Of a stretch of 64,000 nucleotides of DNA, positions 16,789-27,001 are shown one piece after another. The notes below the pieces were generated by a model. That model saw only the letters and a list, made by a program, of their open reading frames with translations, did no database searches and was not told where the DNA came from. The stretch covers positions 62,001 to 126,000 of the IMG/VR virus record IMGVR_UViG_3300002143_000235; one strand, given 5' to 3'. Position 1 is the first letter of the stretch. Every line of letters begins with the position of its first letter. The position numbers and the translations under genes are program-made.

Positions 16789-17277
16789 ATGACTAACGAA
16801 CAAGAAACACAAATGGATGCAGAATTTGAAAACTCTGCAGAAGAAACTGTAAACGAAAATGTTTCTGAATCAATTGAAGAGGTTCCTGTAAAAGAAGAAA
16901 AGAAACCGCGTAAACCTGCTAAGCCTCGTGCTAAAAAAGAAAAAGAAGAAACAGTTGTTGAAAAAACAGAGGTTGTTGAAACTATTGATGAAGAAGTGGT
17001 TGTTGAAACTATTGAAGAATTAGAAGTGTTTGAAACTATTGATGATGAAGAAGTGGTTGAAACTATTGATGATGAAGAAGTGGTTGAAACCACTGAACCA
17101 GAAATGTCAAAAAAAGATTGGTTTAAAAGTGAATTACTTAAAGGAGCTTATGCGATCTATCAAAATGGTATTTTAGTGACAACATCAACAAATCCTGAAG
17201 TAATTCATATTGCTGATGCATACTTTCAAGTAAACAACAAAAAATATGCTTACAACGGCATAGAGATTAAACGATAA
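16789..17277 (+). CDS. Acidic repeat protein
   Basis: Glu-rich with VVETID(D)EE repeats; ATATATA 35 nt upstream. Confidence 0.75.
   Translation: MTNEQETQMDAEFENSAEETVNENVSESIEEVPVKEEKKPRKPAKPRAKKEKEETVVEKTEVVETIDEEVVVETIEELEVFETIDDEEVVETIDDEEVVETTEPEMSKKDWFKSELLKGAYAIYQNGILVTTSTNPEVIHIADAYFQVNNKKYAYNGIEIKR
16972..17090 (+). repeat. In-frame tandem repeat, about 27-30-nt unit (GTTGAAACTATTGATGATGAAGAAGTG)
   Basis: About four to five copies, two identical. Confidence 0.8.
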
Positions 17278-17280
17278 AAT

Positions 17281-19026
17281 ATGATGAAGAACCTTCTTTC
17301 AAAAGAACGATTACTGATCCGAGAGGCTGCTGTTCACTGGGATGATTCTATAATTGGGATGTTATCAAAAGTGATAACATCCCCACTTTCTTGGTTGAAA
17401 GGTTCCATTAAAAAAGGTATCCGACGTCAACAAGTAAATAATTTGATTGTTCAATGGGGTATGGAGTATGTCAAAGCAATTAAAAATGTAGATCTTCCAG
17501 AAGAAGGTTCATCAACCGATGATCAAACTGACAATACTCAATCAACTGATGGCACTCAATCAACTGAATTGACTGCTGAAGATCGTGCAAGATATATCGA
17601 ATCTTTAAATTCTTCTTTTGAAATACTTAAAAAAATCAAACAAACAATCTCGCCAATGAGATCGTGGAGATTTCTTGATACACAAGGAGAAGCTTACTCA
17701 AAAATATATCAAACATTATCTAATATAACATTTGATGCAAGTGATCTTGCAAGTGTTCTTAAGGTTGTAAAAATTAATGAAGACATATCTAAGCTAGGTG
17801 AATATATTAGTACAATAAATTCATTTATTTCTACTATTAAGAAATCTGAAAATGTACGTGAATTTACTTTAAATATCAGAGATATTCAAAATTTTCAATT
17901 GACTATAAAAAAAATTATGTCAGTTATTCCAATACTTGAAGACATTTATGAACTTACTATTCGTGAACTTCAAGGTGATACAGAAGAAGAATTACTAGAA
18001 GAGCCTGTGCAGGAATCTATGATTTTTGAAGCAAGTGAATATTCTCTTCCTGGTAAAATTGAAGATCTATTTAATGCTGATATGTTAGAAGAAATCAAAC
18101 AAGTTGATGGTATCAAATTGAAAACTCGTAAGACAATCAATATTGTTCGACTCAATACTATTCGATATGAAGCAAATTATGTTATTGAAAAAGCTGGTAA
18201 ATCAGAAAAAGCAGATAATCAAGCTAAATTAAAAAAGATTTGGGAACAAGGAATTCTTAACACAAATGATTACTTTCAAGATGTTATAGATGTTGATTAT
18301 GTAATGGAACATGCTACTGGAAATGTTGATGCAAAAACTACAGAAACAATTCAACAACAACAAGGTACAATTGATCAAGTAATACAACTTGGGCTCAGTG
18401 AAATACTTCAAATAGGAACTAAATTTGATGTAAAGGCGATTTATGCTTTTCAAGGTGTTTTGCGTGGTCAAAACGGTAAGTCAAGTAGTCAAGTATTATT
18501 TATGTCGCCTACTGATGATTTTACAGAACAAACAAACGGAAGCAAATATTTTGTATTTAAACTTCTTGGAAGTTATAGATATAATCGCAAAACAAAACTC
18601 ATAGAACGTTTCAATACTTTTGCTGGATTAACAAGTAATGCTAAAATGATGAATAATTTTAATAATATAGAAAATAATTATTATGTAATGATGTCATCTC
18701 TTAGACCCGGAACAATGACAGATATGTTTATTTATTCCAACACTGGTAAATATTTTTTTAAGCAAGATATTGTACCAGATGTAGCAAATGTTGCAGATAG
18801 TATACGTAAGTTTAAACAAAATACTTTAGCACTTACATTAAAACAATTAGGACCAGTATCTAATGTCTTCAGATTTAAAATAAATCAAAGATTTATAGTT
18901 GATTCAAATGAAATATTAAACAAACGTTATCCAGGTGTTCAACTATCTGATGGTACAACAGATAAAGATGTTGTAACAGCTAAAACTAATCATGTTAAGT
19001 TAATGAATATCATAGGAGATGTATAA
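17281..19026 (+). CDS. Hypothetical, probable virion protein
   Basis: 581 aa in late cluster; N-terminal LLIRE resembles a protease site. Confidence 0.65.
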   Translation: MMKNLLSKERLLIREAAVHWDDSIIGMLSKVITSPLSWLKGSIKKGIRRQQVNNLIVQWGMEYVKAIKNVDLPEEGSSTDDQTDNTQSTDGTQSTELTAEDRARYIESLNSSFEILKKIKQTISPMRSWRFLDTQGEAYSKIYQTLSNITFDASDLASVLKVVKINEDISKLGEYISTINSFISTIKKSENVREFTLNIRDIQNFQLTIKKIMSVIPILEDIYELTIRELQGDTEEELLEEPVQESMIFEASEYSLPGKIEDLFNADMLEEIKQVDGIKLKTRKTINIVRLNTIRYEANYVIEKAGKSEKADNQAKLKKIWEQGILNTNDYFQDVIDVDYVMEHATGNVDAKTTETIQQQQGTIDQVIQLGLSEILQIGTKFDVKAIYAFQGVLRGQNGKSSSQVLFMSPTDDFTEQTNGSKYFVFKLLGSYRYNRKTKLIERFNTFAGLTSNAKMMNNFNNIENNYYVMMSSLRPGTMTDMFIYSNTGKYFFKQDIVPDVANVADSIRKFKQNTLALTLKQLGPVSNVFRFKINQRFIVDSNEILNKRYPGVQLSDGTTDKDVVTAKTNHVKLMNIIGDV

Positions 19027-19028
19027 AA

Positions 19029-19784
19029 ATGGATAGTAGATTAACACTTGATGAATTGATTGATGTAGTACGTAATAACGTTACTATGAACTGTCGTTTA
19101 CCATATACATTAGGAAATGAAAACATAGAACGTATTATTACTTTTGATGCACTTAGATGGTTTTATCGTAATTATAAATATGCACTACACATGACCTACT
19201 ATTACGTAGATCTAATGTCGTTCTATAAGAATGCTAAAAGTGGTGTAAAGTTCATTACACTTCCAGATGAAATTGAAGCTGTTAGATGGGTTTATATGGT
19301 GAATTACAATGATATGCGTAACCTTGGTTATATTATGCCACCAGGAACACTTGCTTTATCTAATACAGCTATGCCTTTTGTAGCATCTATTAATGTTGGT
19401 GAATATGCTCAAGCTGTAACAGTTCAGCAAGCAATGTATGATGCAATTGCAACATTTAGTAAGAATACAAAAAAATATAGATTTGATCCAAATAGTAAAC
19501 GTTTAGAAATTCAAACAGATTTACATTGTAATCTTGTTCTTGAAGTTTGGGCACAAATTCCAGCAGAAGCATTATTTGGTGATCCGTTGTTTATACGTTA
19601 TGTAACTGGAATGGCTATGTTAGATTACGCAACACATTTATCGTTTACTGATGTTACTCTTGCAGGTAATACAAAAATTAATGTTGATCGTATTTACACA
19701 CGTGGTGAAGCACTGATTACAAAAACAGAAGAAGCAATAGCAAAAATGTCGAAGACTAGCTTCTTTTTCAATAGAACAAGATAA
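19029..19784 (+). CDS. gp13: Neck protein, T4 gp13-like
   Basis: C-terminal FIRYVTGMAMLDYA...LAGNTKINVDRIYTRGEALI matches the gp13 pattern. Confidence 0.7.
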   Translation: MDSRLTLDELIDVVRNNVTMNCRLPYTLGNENIERIITFDALRWFYRNYKYALHMTYYYVDLMSFYKNAKSGVKFITLPDEIEAVRWVYMVNYNDMRNLGYIMPPGTLALSNTAMPFVASINVGEYAQAVTVQQAMYDAIATFSKNTKKYRFDPNSKRLEIQTDLHCNLVLEVWAQIPAEALFGDPLFIRYVTGMAMLDYATHLSFTDVTLAGNTKINVDRIYTRGEALITKTEEAIAKMSKTSFFFNRTR

Positions 19785-19823
19785 CATAACACATTAAATA
19801 TCAATTAATTGAGAAACAAAAAT

Positions 19824-20228
19824 ATGATAACTTCAATAAACGAATGGCGTAAGGTTAATGAAGAACTGGTAAGTCCAGATCTCAATTCTGATAAGAGTGT
19901 TAAGTTAAAAGCTTATCAGGACAATCTTGCTTACTATAATAAAAATAAAAATAGATTTGATCAAATTTTAGCTGTTGATGAAGAGAAACAGGAAGAATTG
20001 GCAAACAAACTTATAAATGGAAATGCATACCTCGGTATTGCATGGAAGATGGCAAAGATGGAACACAGTATTGAAAAAGCTGAAGAAGATATTCGTGGTG
20101 AATTAACAGAAGAGGAAAAGACTGAAATCAACAATACAAATAATGAGAATAAGAATAAACTGCGTGAATTGCAGTATGAACTGCAAAAGATGATCAAAAA
20201 AGATCTCGAGACCATAAAAAAACTATAA
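19824..20228 (+). CDS. Coiled-coil protein with MITSINEWRKVNE motif
   Basis: Likely ATG start 19824 (track starts at TTG 19809). Confidence 0.65.
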   Translation: MITSINEWRKVNEELVSPDLNSDKSVKLKAYQDNLAYYNKNKNRFDQILAVDEEKQEELANKLINGNAYLGIAWKMAKMEHSIEKAEEDIRGELTEEEKTEINNTNNENKNKLRELQYELQKMIKKDLETIKKL

Positions 20229-20231
20229 AAT

Positions 20232-20257
20232 AAAGGCTGTCATATGACAGCCTTTTT
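20232..20257 (+). terminator. Intrinsic terminator
   Basis: AAAGGCTGTC-ATAT-GACAGCCTTTTT. Confidence 0.8.
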
Positions 20258-20270
20258 CAATATATAAAGC

Positions 20271-22958
20271 ATGGCATCAGGTAAAGAGGAAGTATATATT
20301 GAATCACTACAGAATTTTTCAAAATCATTTGAAGCTGTTGTTGAAGCTATTAAAAATCAGGTTGAATCGCAAAAACAAGCATTCTCTGATGCTATTGGTA
20401 ATTCAAAAGAAGAAATAAAACATCTTGCAGAAATTGCTGTTCAACTTCAAAAAGTATCTGAAGATGTAACTACAACTAAAGACAATACAGAACAAATTCT
20501 TCAACATGTACGTGGATTAAGACGCCAAAAAGAAACCGGATTCTTTTCTAACTTATCATTCAAAAATAAACAGACAGGTGTTGCAGATGGTATCAAATCT
20601 ATGGTTCTTATGGCCGGTGCTATTATGTCTATTGGTTTGGCATTTAAAGTAGTTGGTGATGTTGATTTTAAATCAGTAATTGCATTATCAATTGCTCTAC
20701 CATTAGTTGCAATGGCTTTTAATAAAGTTGCTGAAAACAGTCTTAGTCCGAAGGAAGCATTACAAGTTGGTTTAGTTACTATTATTATGGGTGCTGCTAT
20801 GAGCGGAGCTGGTTTAATGTTATCGTTAATGCCTGAACTTTCATTAATGCAACTTATTACAACAATCGGTGTTGCCGCGGCAATGGGTATTGCAATGTAT
20901 AGTTTGGCTGAAGCCACACAAAATTTAGGACGTGGTAAGATAAAAAATCTTTATGCAATGGTTCCTATTCTACCATTTGTAGCTGCTGGTATTACTGGAG
21001 CCGGTTTTATTTTAGCTGAAATGCCTACAATTACATTCGACCAATTTATGTCAGCTTTAGGTGTTGGTGTTGCAATGGGTGCAAGTATGATACCACTTGC
21101 TCTTGCAGCAAGTTTCATGAAAGGTAAAGCAACAGATGTATTGATGCTTGCAGTATTAATGCCTGTAATAGCTGGAGCTATTCTTGCATCAGCTTACATA
21201 TTACAAGATATTCCTGATATTGATACACTAGGTGTCATTGAAACATCATTTGCTATAACTGCTGCTACCACAATTATGGGCACAGGTTTATGGGCACTTG
21301 GAAAAATGGGTCTCAGCACAAAAGATATTATTCTTGGAACACTTGGAATGATTGTTATTTCGGCTGGTATCATGGCTATTTCACACATTTTAGGATTAGG
21401 TGATTATACGAACTACCCGCCTATTGAATGGGCTAAAGGCGTTGGTATGTCATTTCTTGTATCACTTCCAGCTGTATTAATACTTGGAGCATTGGGTGCA
21501 ACAGGTTTTGGATTTCTTGTTATTGCTGCTGGTATTGCTGGTATGCTTATGATGGCTGGAGCACTTGTTGCTGTAGGTGATATTCTTTCTACCGGTAATT
21601 TTTCTGGAGGTCCAAGCGTAGAATGGGCAAGAGGTGTTGGTATATCGTTAATTGCATTTACATCAGCACTTGGAGCATTGAGTCCTGGTTTATTTGGTTG
21701 GTTGATGGGTGATACATTTGAAAGTAACTTAGCTAACATTATAAAAATTGCTGAAGCTTTAAATGATGTTGGTGAGATAGTTAGTAAAGGAACATATACT
21801 GGTGGACCAAGTCCAGAATGGGCAAGAGGTGTTGGTATGTCTATGATGTACTTTGCTGATGCTTTATCTGCATTCAAACCTGGTGTTTGGGGATTTTTAA
21901 TGGGTGATACTTTTGATAGTAATATAGCTGGTCTTATTAAATTAGCAATGCTTATGCCAAAACTTCCTAAAATTTTAGGACCAAGTTCAGATTATGATGG
22001 AACTGGACCTAAAAAAGAATGGGCTGAAGGTGTTGGTATGTCTATGAAATATTTTGCACAAGCACTTGAATCATTTAAACCTGGTGTTTGGGATTTTCTA
22101 ATGGGAACTACGTTTGATGATAATATTGAAGGAATTAAAAAACTTGCACGATTAATGCCACAATTACCAGCATTATTAGGTCCAAGTGGGATATATGAAG
22201 GAACTGGCCCAAGTAAAAAATGGGCTGAAGGTGTTGGTGCAGCATTAGTTGCTATTGGTACAACTGTTGCAACATTAGCTGATGAAGTAGATCCAGAAGA
22301 TGTATATGCTTGGATTAATCCAATTAAACACTTAAGTGCACTCATTCCATTCTTTGCAATGAAAATGAACGGAATGAAATTTGATTCATACCCATCTAAA
22401 CGTTGGTCTGAAGGTGTACTAGCATTTCTAAACGGTTTTGCAGAATATGAAGGATCAGATGGTGATGTACAACAGACAGCAAAAGACGTACGTGTACTTG
22501 CAAGTTCTTATTTTAAATTAGCAAAAGCTATAATGGCTCTTGGATCAGCACTCAGTAAATTGAAAAATGTACCAGATCTTACCAATCTTTATGGTGGTCT
22601 TGTGACATTATCTCTTATCGATAATGATAATTTATCTATTGTAATGGATAATATACATGCTCGTGATTCGGAATTTGCAGCAGTTATCAACAAGCTTAAA
22701 AGTAATACAGGAAATATAACAGCACCATCAAATAAATCATTTGGTGATAACATTCCAAAAGGTAAAGGTGGTAAAGTTATGGTTACAAATAATCAAACTA
22801 AAGGTGTAGTAAATAAACCAGCTATTCAACGAGTAAATCCAGTATATAGAACAAATGATTTACTTGCTAAACATTATTTCATTCTAAAAAATATAGAGAA
22901 GGCTATTAATGAAGTTGCAGATAATACTACAGTTAGTCGTTCGTCACACATTGGTTAA
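20271..22958 (+). CDS. Tape-measure-like protein
   Basis: 895 aa; N-terminal coiled coil, Ala/Gly-rich hydrophobic helices, 61-67-aa W(A/S)xGV repeats. Confidence 0.6.
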   Translation: MASGKEEVYIESLQNFSKSFEAVVEAIKNQVESQKQAFSDAIGNSKEEIKHLAEIAVQLQKVSEDVTTTKDNTEQILQHVRGLRRQKETGFFSNLSFKNKQTGVADGIKSMVLMAGAIMSIGLAFKVVGDVDFKSVIALSIALPLVAMAFNKVAENSLSPKEALQVGLVTIIMGAAMSGAGLMLSLMPELSLMQLITTIGVAAAMGIAMYSLAEATQNLGRGKIKNLYAMVPILPFVAAGITGAGFILAEMPTITFDQFMSALGVGVAMGASMIPLALAASFMKGKATDVLMLAVLMPVIAGAILASAYILQDIPDIDTLGVIETSFAITAATTIMGTGLWALGKMGLSTKDIILGTLGMIVISAGIMAISHILGLGDYTNYPPIEWAKGVGMSFLVSLPAVLILGALGATGFGFLVIAAGIAGMLMMAGALVAVGDILSTGNFSGGPSVEWARGVGISLIAFTSALGALSPGLFGWLMGDTFESNLANIIKIAEALNDVGEIVSKGTYTGGPSPEWARGVGMSMMYFADALSAFKPGVWGFLMGDTFDSNIAGLIKLAMLMPKLPKILGPSSDYDGTGPKKEWAEGVGMSMKYFAQALESFKPGVWDFLMGTTFDDNIEGIKKLARLMPQLPALLGPSGIYEGTGPSKKWAEGVGAALVAIGTTVATLADEVDPEDVYAWINPIKHLSALIPFFAMKMNGMKFDSYPSKRWSEGVLAFLNGFAEYEGSDGDVQQTAKDVRVLASSYFKLAKAIMALGSALSKLKNVPDLTNLYGGLVTLSLIDNDNLSIVMDNIHARDSEFAAVINKLKSNTGNITAPSNKSFGDNIPKGKGGKVMVTNNQTKGVVNKPAIQRVNPVYRTNDLLAKHYFILKNIEKAINEVADNTTVSRSSHIG

Positions 22959-23009
22959 TCATTTTTTACTTTGATCTAAACATTGATCAGCTGATCATGT
23001 ATAAGTTGC

Positions 23010-23426
23010 ATGAAGTACATTCGCAACTACATACGATACAGACGATTCTTCAAACTATACAAGACGGCAATCATTGAGAATCAAGCATACCTATTACAAA
23101 AGTATGGACTGGAATACAATTTCTGGTACGAACTATATGCCACGGTTAATTTTTCAGATGCACCTGAAGATTTAAAACGTAGTATTGGTAATACTTTTAT
23201 AGCAAAGGAATTGACAAAATACGTCAACCAGGTATTATTAGACATGGATAGATTAGATCTCAGAGAGCTTGTTAAACGCATCGATTACAAACGTATTGAT
23301 GAGAACAATTATGGTATTGCATTCGGTTTTGCACCAGCTTCTAACCGGTCTATAATTGGAACAAAAATAGGAATCATTGGTGGACTGATTACAATAGGAG
23401 CAATTCTGTTGCTTATTTTTTTATAA
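23010..23426 (+). CDS. Hypothetical protein with C-terminal transmembrane anchor
   Basis: IGIIGGLITIGAILLLIFL. Confidence 0.7.
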   Translation: MKYIRNYIRYRRFFKLYKTAIIENQAYLLQKYGLEYNFWYELYATVNFSDAPEDLKRSIGNTFIAKELTKYVNQVLLDMDRLDLRELVKRIDYKRIDENNYGIAFGFAPASNRSIIGTKIGIIGGLITIGAILLLIFL

Positions 23427-23454
23427 CATTAAAATAACAAATAAATATACATCA

Positions 23455-23955
23455 ATGGCAAATCAAGCAAACGACGCGCTTTCGGAAACAGAAAGCAAAT
23501 TTTATGACCTCGGAGAGGACACACTCGAACTCATAACAAATTTGATAGATAAGATGGCTTTACCATTTAATCTTAAGATCAAATTTATTGGAGTTACAAA
23601 ACAAAAACAACTCATCAAATTACAGAAGACAAGTGATGTCGTATCACATCTTACTAGTATTGACATGTTCATGTTCATTAATGAGGATTATCTTATTACC
23701 TTTGATGATACAAACGCTGAAATTCTTATCTACCAAGAACTCGATCGTCTTCAATTTGATATCAACAAAGGTACATTTAAGATCACAAAGTATCAATTGC
23801 AAACAAATCCTGGGGTTTTAAAGAAATACGGTATCGATGCAGTTGCTCAAGCAAATCAACTTGTTGAACTTCTTAAGGAGCAGAAAGAGGACGCAGCGGA
23901 GAATGATGAAGAAAACAAACGCACAATTAAGCGTAATACAACGTTTTTGAATTAA
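23455..23955 (+). CDS. Phage metallopeptidase-like fold, catalytic motif degenerate
   Basis: EILIYQELDRL where HELxH would be expected. Confidence 0.45.
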   Translation: MANQANDALSETESKFYDLGEDTLELITNLIDKMALPFNLKIKFIGVTKQKQLIKLQKTSDVVSHLTSIDMFMFINEDYLITFDDTNAEILIYQELDRLQFDINKGTFKITKYQLQTNPGVLKKYGIDAVAQANQLVELLKEQKEDAAENDEENKRTIKRNTTFLN

Positions 23956-24014
23956 TTCTTTAAACATTTAGCTGAGCAAGCAGTATAACTTGTATCAAAA
24001 ATAGCATTTATAAA

Positions 24015-24695
24015 ATGAGTACAAAAATTCAAGAAGAAACAGCTTTAGATTTCGTATCTAAATTGTCTGATATCACAATCGGATCACATGAACCAAATTT
24101 CGATCTACTGACAGGTGACTCGCGTGAGAAACTTGACGGAAAAGCAGAAGAAATTCGTGAATTCATGATAACAAATAAATCAATAGGGCTTACAGATACT
24201 GAGAAAACTGAACTTTTTACAACAGTTGTTGCAAAATGGAATGAATTACGTGAGCTTGTTAAAACTGCAGTATGTACAGTAAACCTTACCGGTGTTGAAC
24301 AAAAAATTCTTGATAGTAAATTACGTCAAAGTGTTGAATATAATTCAGAGACTATTTTTTACGGAATTCATATCAAGAAATATATTCTTGAAACATTGAA
24401 CCGTGATAACTTTGCAAAAACTGCAACGCAGCCAATTGAGATCTCTTTTTCACATTCAATCATCATTCACAACTTGTTGAGCACTGTAACAGTTAAAGGT
24501 TTAAATCCTGATACATTTGCATTTGGTCACTTAGTTTACAATCTTGGTGAAGTCATCAAACTTTATAGTCATTACAATGACTTAACTCAGCGTGTAAACG
24601 CTGAGATGGCACAGTGGAATATGGGACTTGATGCAGAGATTACTGAACAACTTGAAACGCTTGTTAGTGAGCAAGTTGCTCAGGAAGAAGGATAA
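24015..24695 (+). CDS. Hypothetical protein
   Basis: 226-aa ORF. Confidence 0.7.
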   Translation: MSTKIQEETALDFVSKLSDITIGSHEPNFDLLTGDSREKLDGKAEEIREFMITNKSIGLTDTEKTELFTTVVAKWNELRELVKTAVCTVNLTGVEQKILDSKLRQSVEYNSETIFYGIHIKKYILETLNRDNFAKTATQPIEISFSHSIIIHNLLSTVTVKGLNPDTFAFGHLVYNLGEVIKLYSHYNDLTQRVNAEMAQWNMGLDAEITEQLETLVSEQVAQEEG

Positions 24696-24778
24696 ACACC
24701 TAACACCTATCAAACCAACGGGATCATCTGGTAAATCGGTTGATCCCGTTCTATTTAAACATAATAATAACAAGCATA

Positions 24779-25249
24779 ATGGCAAACACAGACAACACAT
24801 GTAAAGATCTTGAGATCAAAAATCTCTATACTGAGAGTACAGACACACTTGGTGATATTTTGAACCTCCAAGCTGAAACACAGGAAAATATCTACGGATA
24901 CGATTTTAAAAATATGTCATTACGTGATGTAATGAATTTTTGGCATATGAATACACATGCAATGATTGATGAAATTCATGAGGCAACCGATGCACTTGGC
25001 GGTGTAAAAGATGGATCAGGTAGTGCAGTTTGGAAACGTTGGAAGAAAGATTTTGCATCATTCGAAAACAAAAAATTTTCAGACCTTTCAGAAGGTGATC
25101 AACTCGAATGTAAATTTGAGATCATTGATATGCTTCACTTCTTCATGAACTACGCAGCATCTATTGGTATGTCTGCTGAGGAAATGTACAACATGTACAT
25201 GGCAAAAAATGTAGAAAATAGAAATCGTCAGGCACGAGGAAATTATTAA
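24779..25249 (+). CDS. Dimeric all-alpha dUTPase/dCTPase (T4 gp56-like)
   Basis: AMIDEIHEA, WKRWK, FEIIDMLHFF, YMAKNVENRNRQ motifs. Confidence 0.85.
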   Translation: MANTDNTCKDLEIKNLYTESTDTLGDILNLQAETQENIYGYDFKNMSLRDVMNFWHMNTHAMIDEIHEATDALGGVKDGSGSAVWKRWKKDFASFENKKFSDLSEGDQLECKFEIIDMLHFFMNYAASIGMSAEEMYNMYMAKNVENRNRQARGNY

Positions 25250-25303
25250 TCATATGCTGTTAAAAAATATAAAAATCCGGCCCATGTTCGCATGGTATGA
25301 CAT

Positions 25304-25579
25304 ATGGGTCGGATTTTTATCGATAAGGCAAAGAGTACAGCTTATTTCTTTCCAATCCCAACATTGGGATTGAAGATCAAGTGGGAGAAGCCAGTCGTGA
25401 TTGAACCAGTAATTCCTATCACACCTGATGATATTCGTACCAAATTTCTTCATTATATTGAAGAAATTTCAACACGTGAAACAGACCGACCGGATGCAAT
25501 TTCTGTATCTAGTGGTGTTGGAGTAGAATTCTTTAACATGCCTGAATTTAGACATAATGGTGTATTTGGAGCAGTGTGA
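25304..25579 (+). CDS. Hypothetical protein; frame stays open to 25759 after the TGA
   Basis: Track ORF plus 59 further sense codons. Confidence 0.55.
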   Translation: MGRIFIDKAKSTAYFFPIPTLGLKIKWEKPVVIEPVIPITPDDIRTKFLHYIEEISTRETDRPDAISVSSGVGVEFFNMPEFRHNGVFGAV

Positions 25580-25768
25580 TATGCCTTAGATATACCATTA
25601 TGTCTAAATTTTGATGTGTGGCAGTTATGCGGACAGTACAAGTGTATCAATATCTATATAAATCCATACCAAATAGGTGATAGTATCATCCACGAATGGA
25701 CGGATGGAAAACATATAAATACTGTTCCAGACCTCTTCACAGAAGAAAAAAAAATATAATTTTATAAT

Positions 25769-26683
25769 ATGAACAATTCAAACGTAACCGACTGGGGCAA
25801 AGTAAGACAACTATTTGAAATTGAAGTATCAAAGCTTTTCAAACGAAACAAAGCAATAGAAGTCATTCCAGAACATTTTTATGATCTATTTGATAAAATT
25901 CAGATGTATGGAACTAAATTCACTGCCAAGTCATACAGCATGACAGTTGTAAGACTTTCTTGCACATATTATGCTGATGGTTCTGCAAATTTTGGTGAAG
26001 GTAAAACACACAGATATAATCTGTATTTTACAAATCCTGATGCTGAATTTCAACTGATGGCTGAACAGTTATCAAACGATGAATTTTATTCTACTTTTCA
26101 TCATAATTATATTGATCTATGTGATGAACCTGGAGATAATTATGGCGGAAAAACAATCACACAAGCATCAATACCCGTAGCTAATTTTGAGCTATGTACT
26201 GGTTGTATAATCAAAGATGGTAATTCTATTATAAGTGAATATCATCTATCCGATGCAGAGATTGATAAAATGAAAATTAAATATGGTGGATTTGAACAGC
26301 ATAAACAATCTGTTTATACTAAAACTATAACTGCAGAGAATATTAAACAAAAAGTTTTAGAATTATTTGAATATACATTTGGACAAAGACTTTTTGTTGA
26401 TAAATTAACTGCTAAAGTAATTAAAGAATTACCTGAATTTCATACAAATTTTTGTGAAATGGAAGGTATTGATTCTACTATGGCAGAAAATCATATAGGT
26501 TATTATAAAGATATTCGTATTTATGAATTTCTTGAAGATGATCTTCAAAATTCTACGGGTCCTGAACCATTAGGATCAGGATTTTTTAATTGGTATGATG
26601 AAAACAAAGAAGACTCACAGCAATGTTGTGGATATATATTTGATGAGGATTATACTGAAGCATTAAAATTAATTTATGAATAA
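25769..26683 (+). CDS. Hypothetical protein
   Basis: 304-aa ORF. Confidence 0.7.
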   Translation: MNNSNVTDWGKVRQLFEIEVSKLFKRNKAIEVIPEHFYDLFDKIQMYGTKFTAKSYSMTVVRLSCTYYADGSANFGEGKTHRYNLYFTNPDAEFQLMAEQLSNDEFYSTFHHNYIDLCDEPGDNYGGKTITQASIPVANFELCTGCIIKDGNSIISEYHLSDAEIDKMKIKYGGFEQHKQSVYTKTITAENIKQKVLELFEYTFGQRLFVDKLTAKVIKELPEFHTNFCEMEGIDSTMAENHIGYYKDIRIYEFLEDDLQNSTGPEPLGSGFFNWYDENKEDSQQCCGYIFDEDYTEALKLIYE

Positions 26684-26930
26684 TTTTATGATAATTAAAC
26701 CTACTTCACCTGGATGTTATGAAGTAATTTATAGTGAAGATGATACAACAATTATTGGATACCAAGCAATTGATATAAATACAATAACTTATTGGTCTAG
26801 TATTTATTTTCAATTCTGTAACAAGCCCGAACAACGTGTTTTAAAAATAAAACAAATTCTTATCATTAATGAAGATGGAACAGAATACGATCCCATTGAA
26901 GAAGAAAGAAAAGAACGTCAATTTCGTTAA
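26676..26930 (+). CDS. Hypothetical protein
   Basis: 84-aa ORF overlapping the upstream stop. Confidence 0.6.
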   Translation: MNNFMIIKPTSPGCYEVIYSEDDTTIIGYQAIDINTITYWSSIYFQFCNKPEQRVLKIKQILIINEDGTEYDPIEEERKERQFR

Positions 26931-26933
26931 ATA

Positions 26934-26964
26934 GAAAAGTCTACCAAACATTGGTAGACTTTTT
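26934..26964 (+). terminator. Intrinsic terminator
   Basis: GAAAAGTCTACCA/TGGTAGACTTTTC. Confidence 0.75.
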
Positions 26965-27001
26965 CATTATAATAAGCAATTAAAGCATTATAAGGCATCA
27001 A

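Noticed and set aside
16758-17093. Ser/Thr-rich minus-strand ORF and many other short antisense ORFs in the track (e.g. 20501..20917, 21413..21877, 34065..34463)
   Set aside because: Shadows of longer, motif-bearing genes on the opposite strand or frame; no independent promoter or start context
23455-23955. Active metallopeptidase
   Set aside because: HExxH is replaced by YQELD, so the zinc ligands are missing
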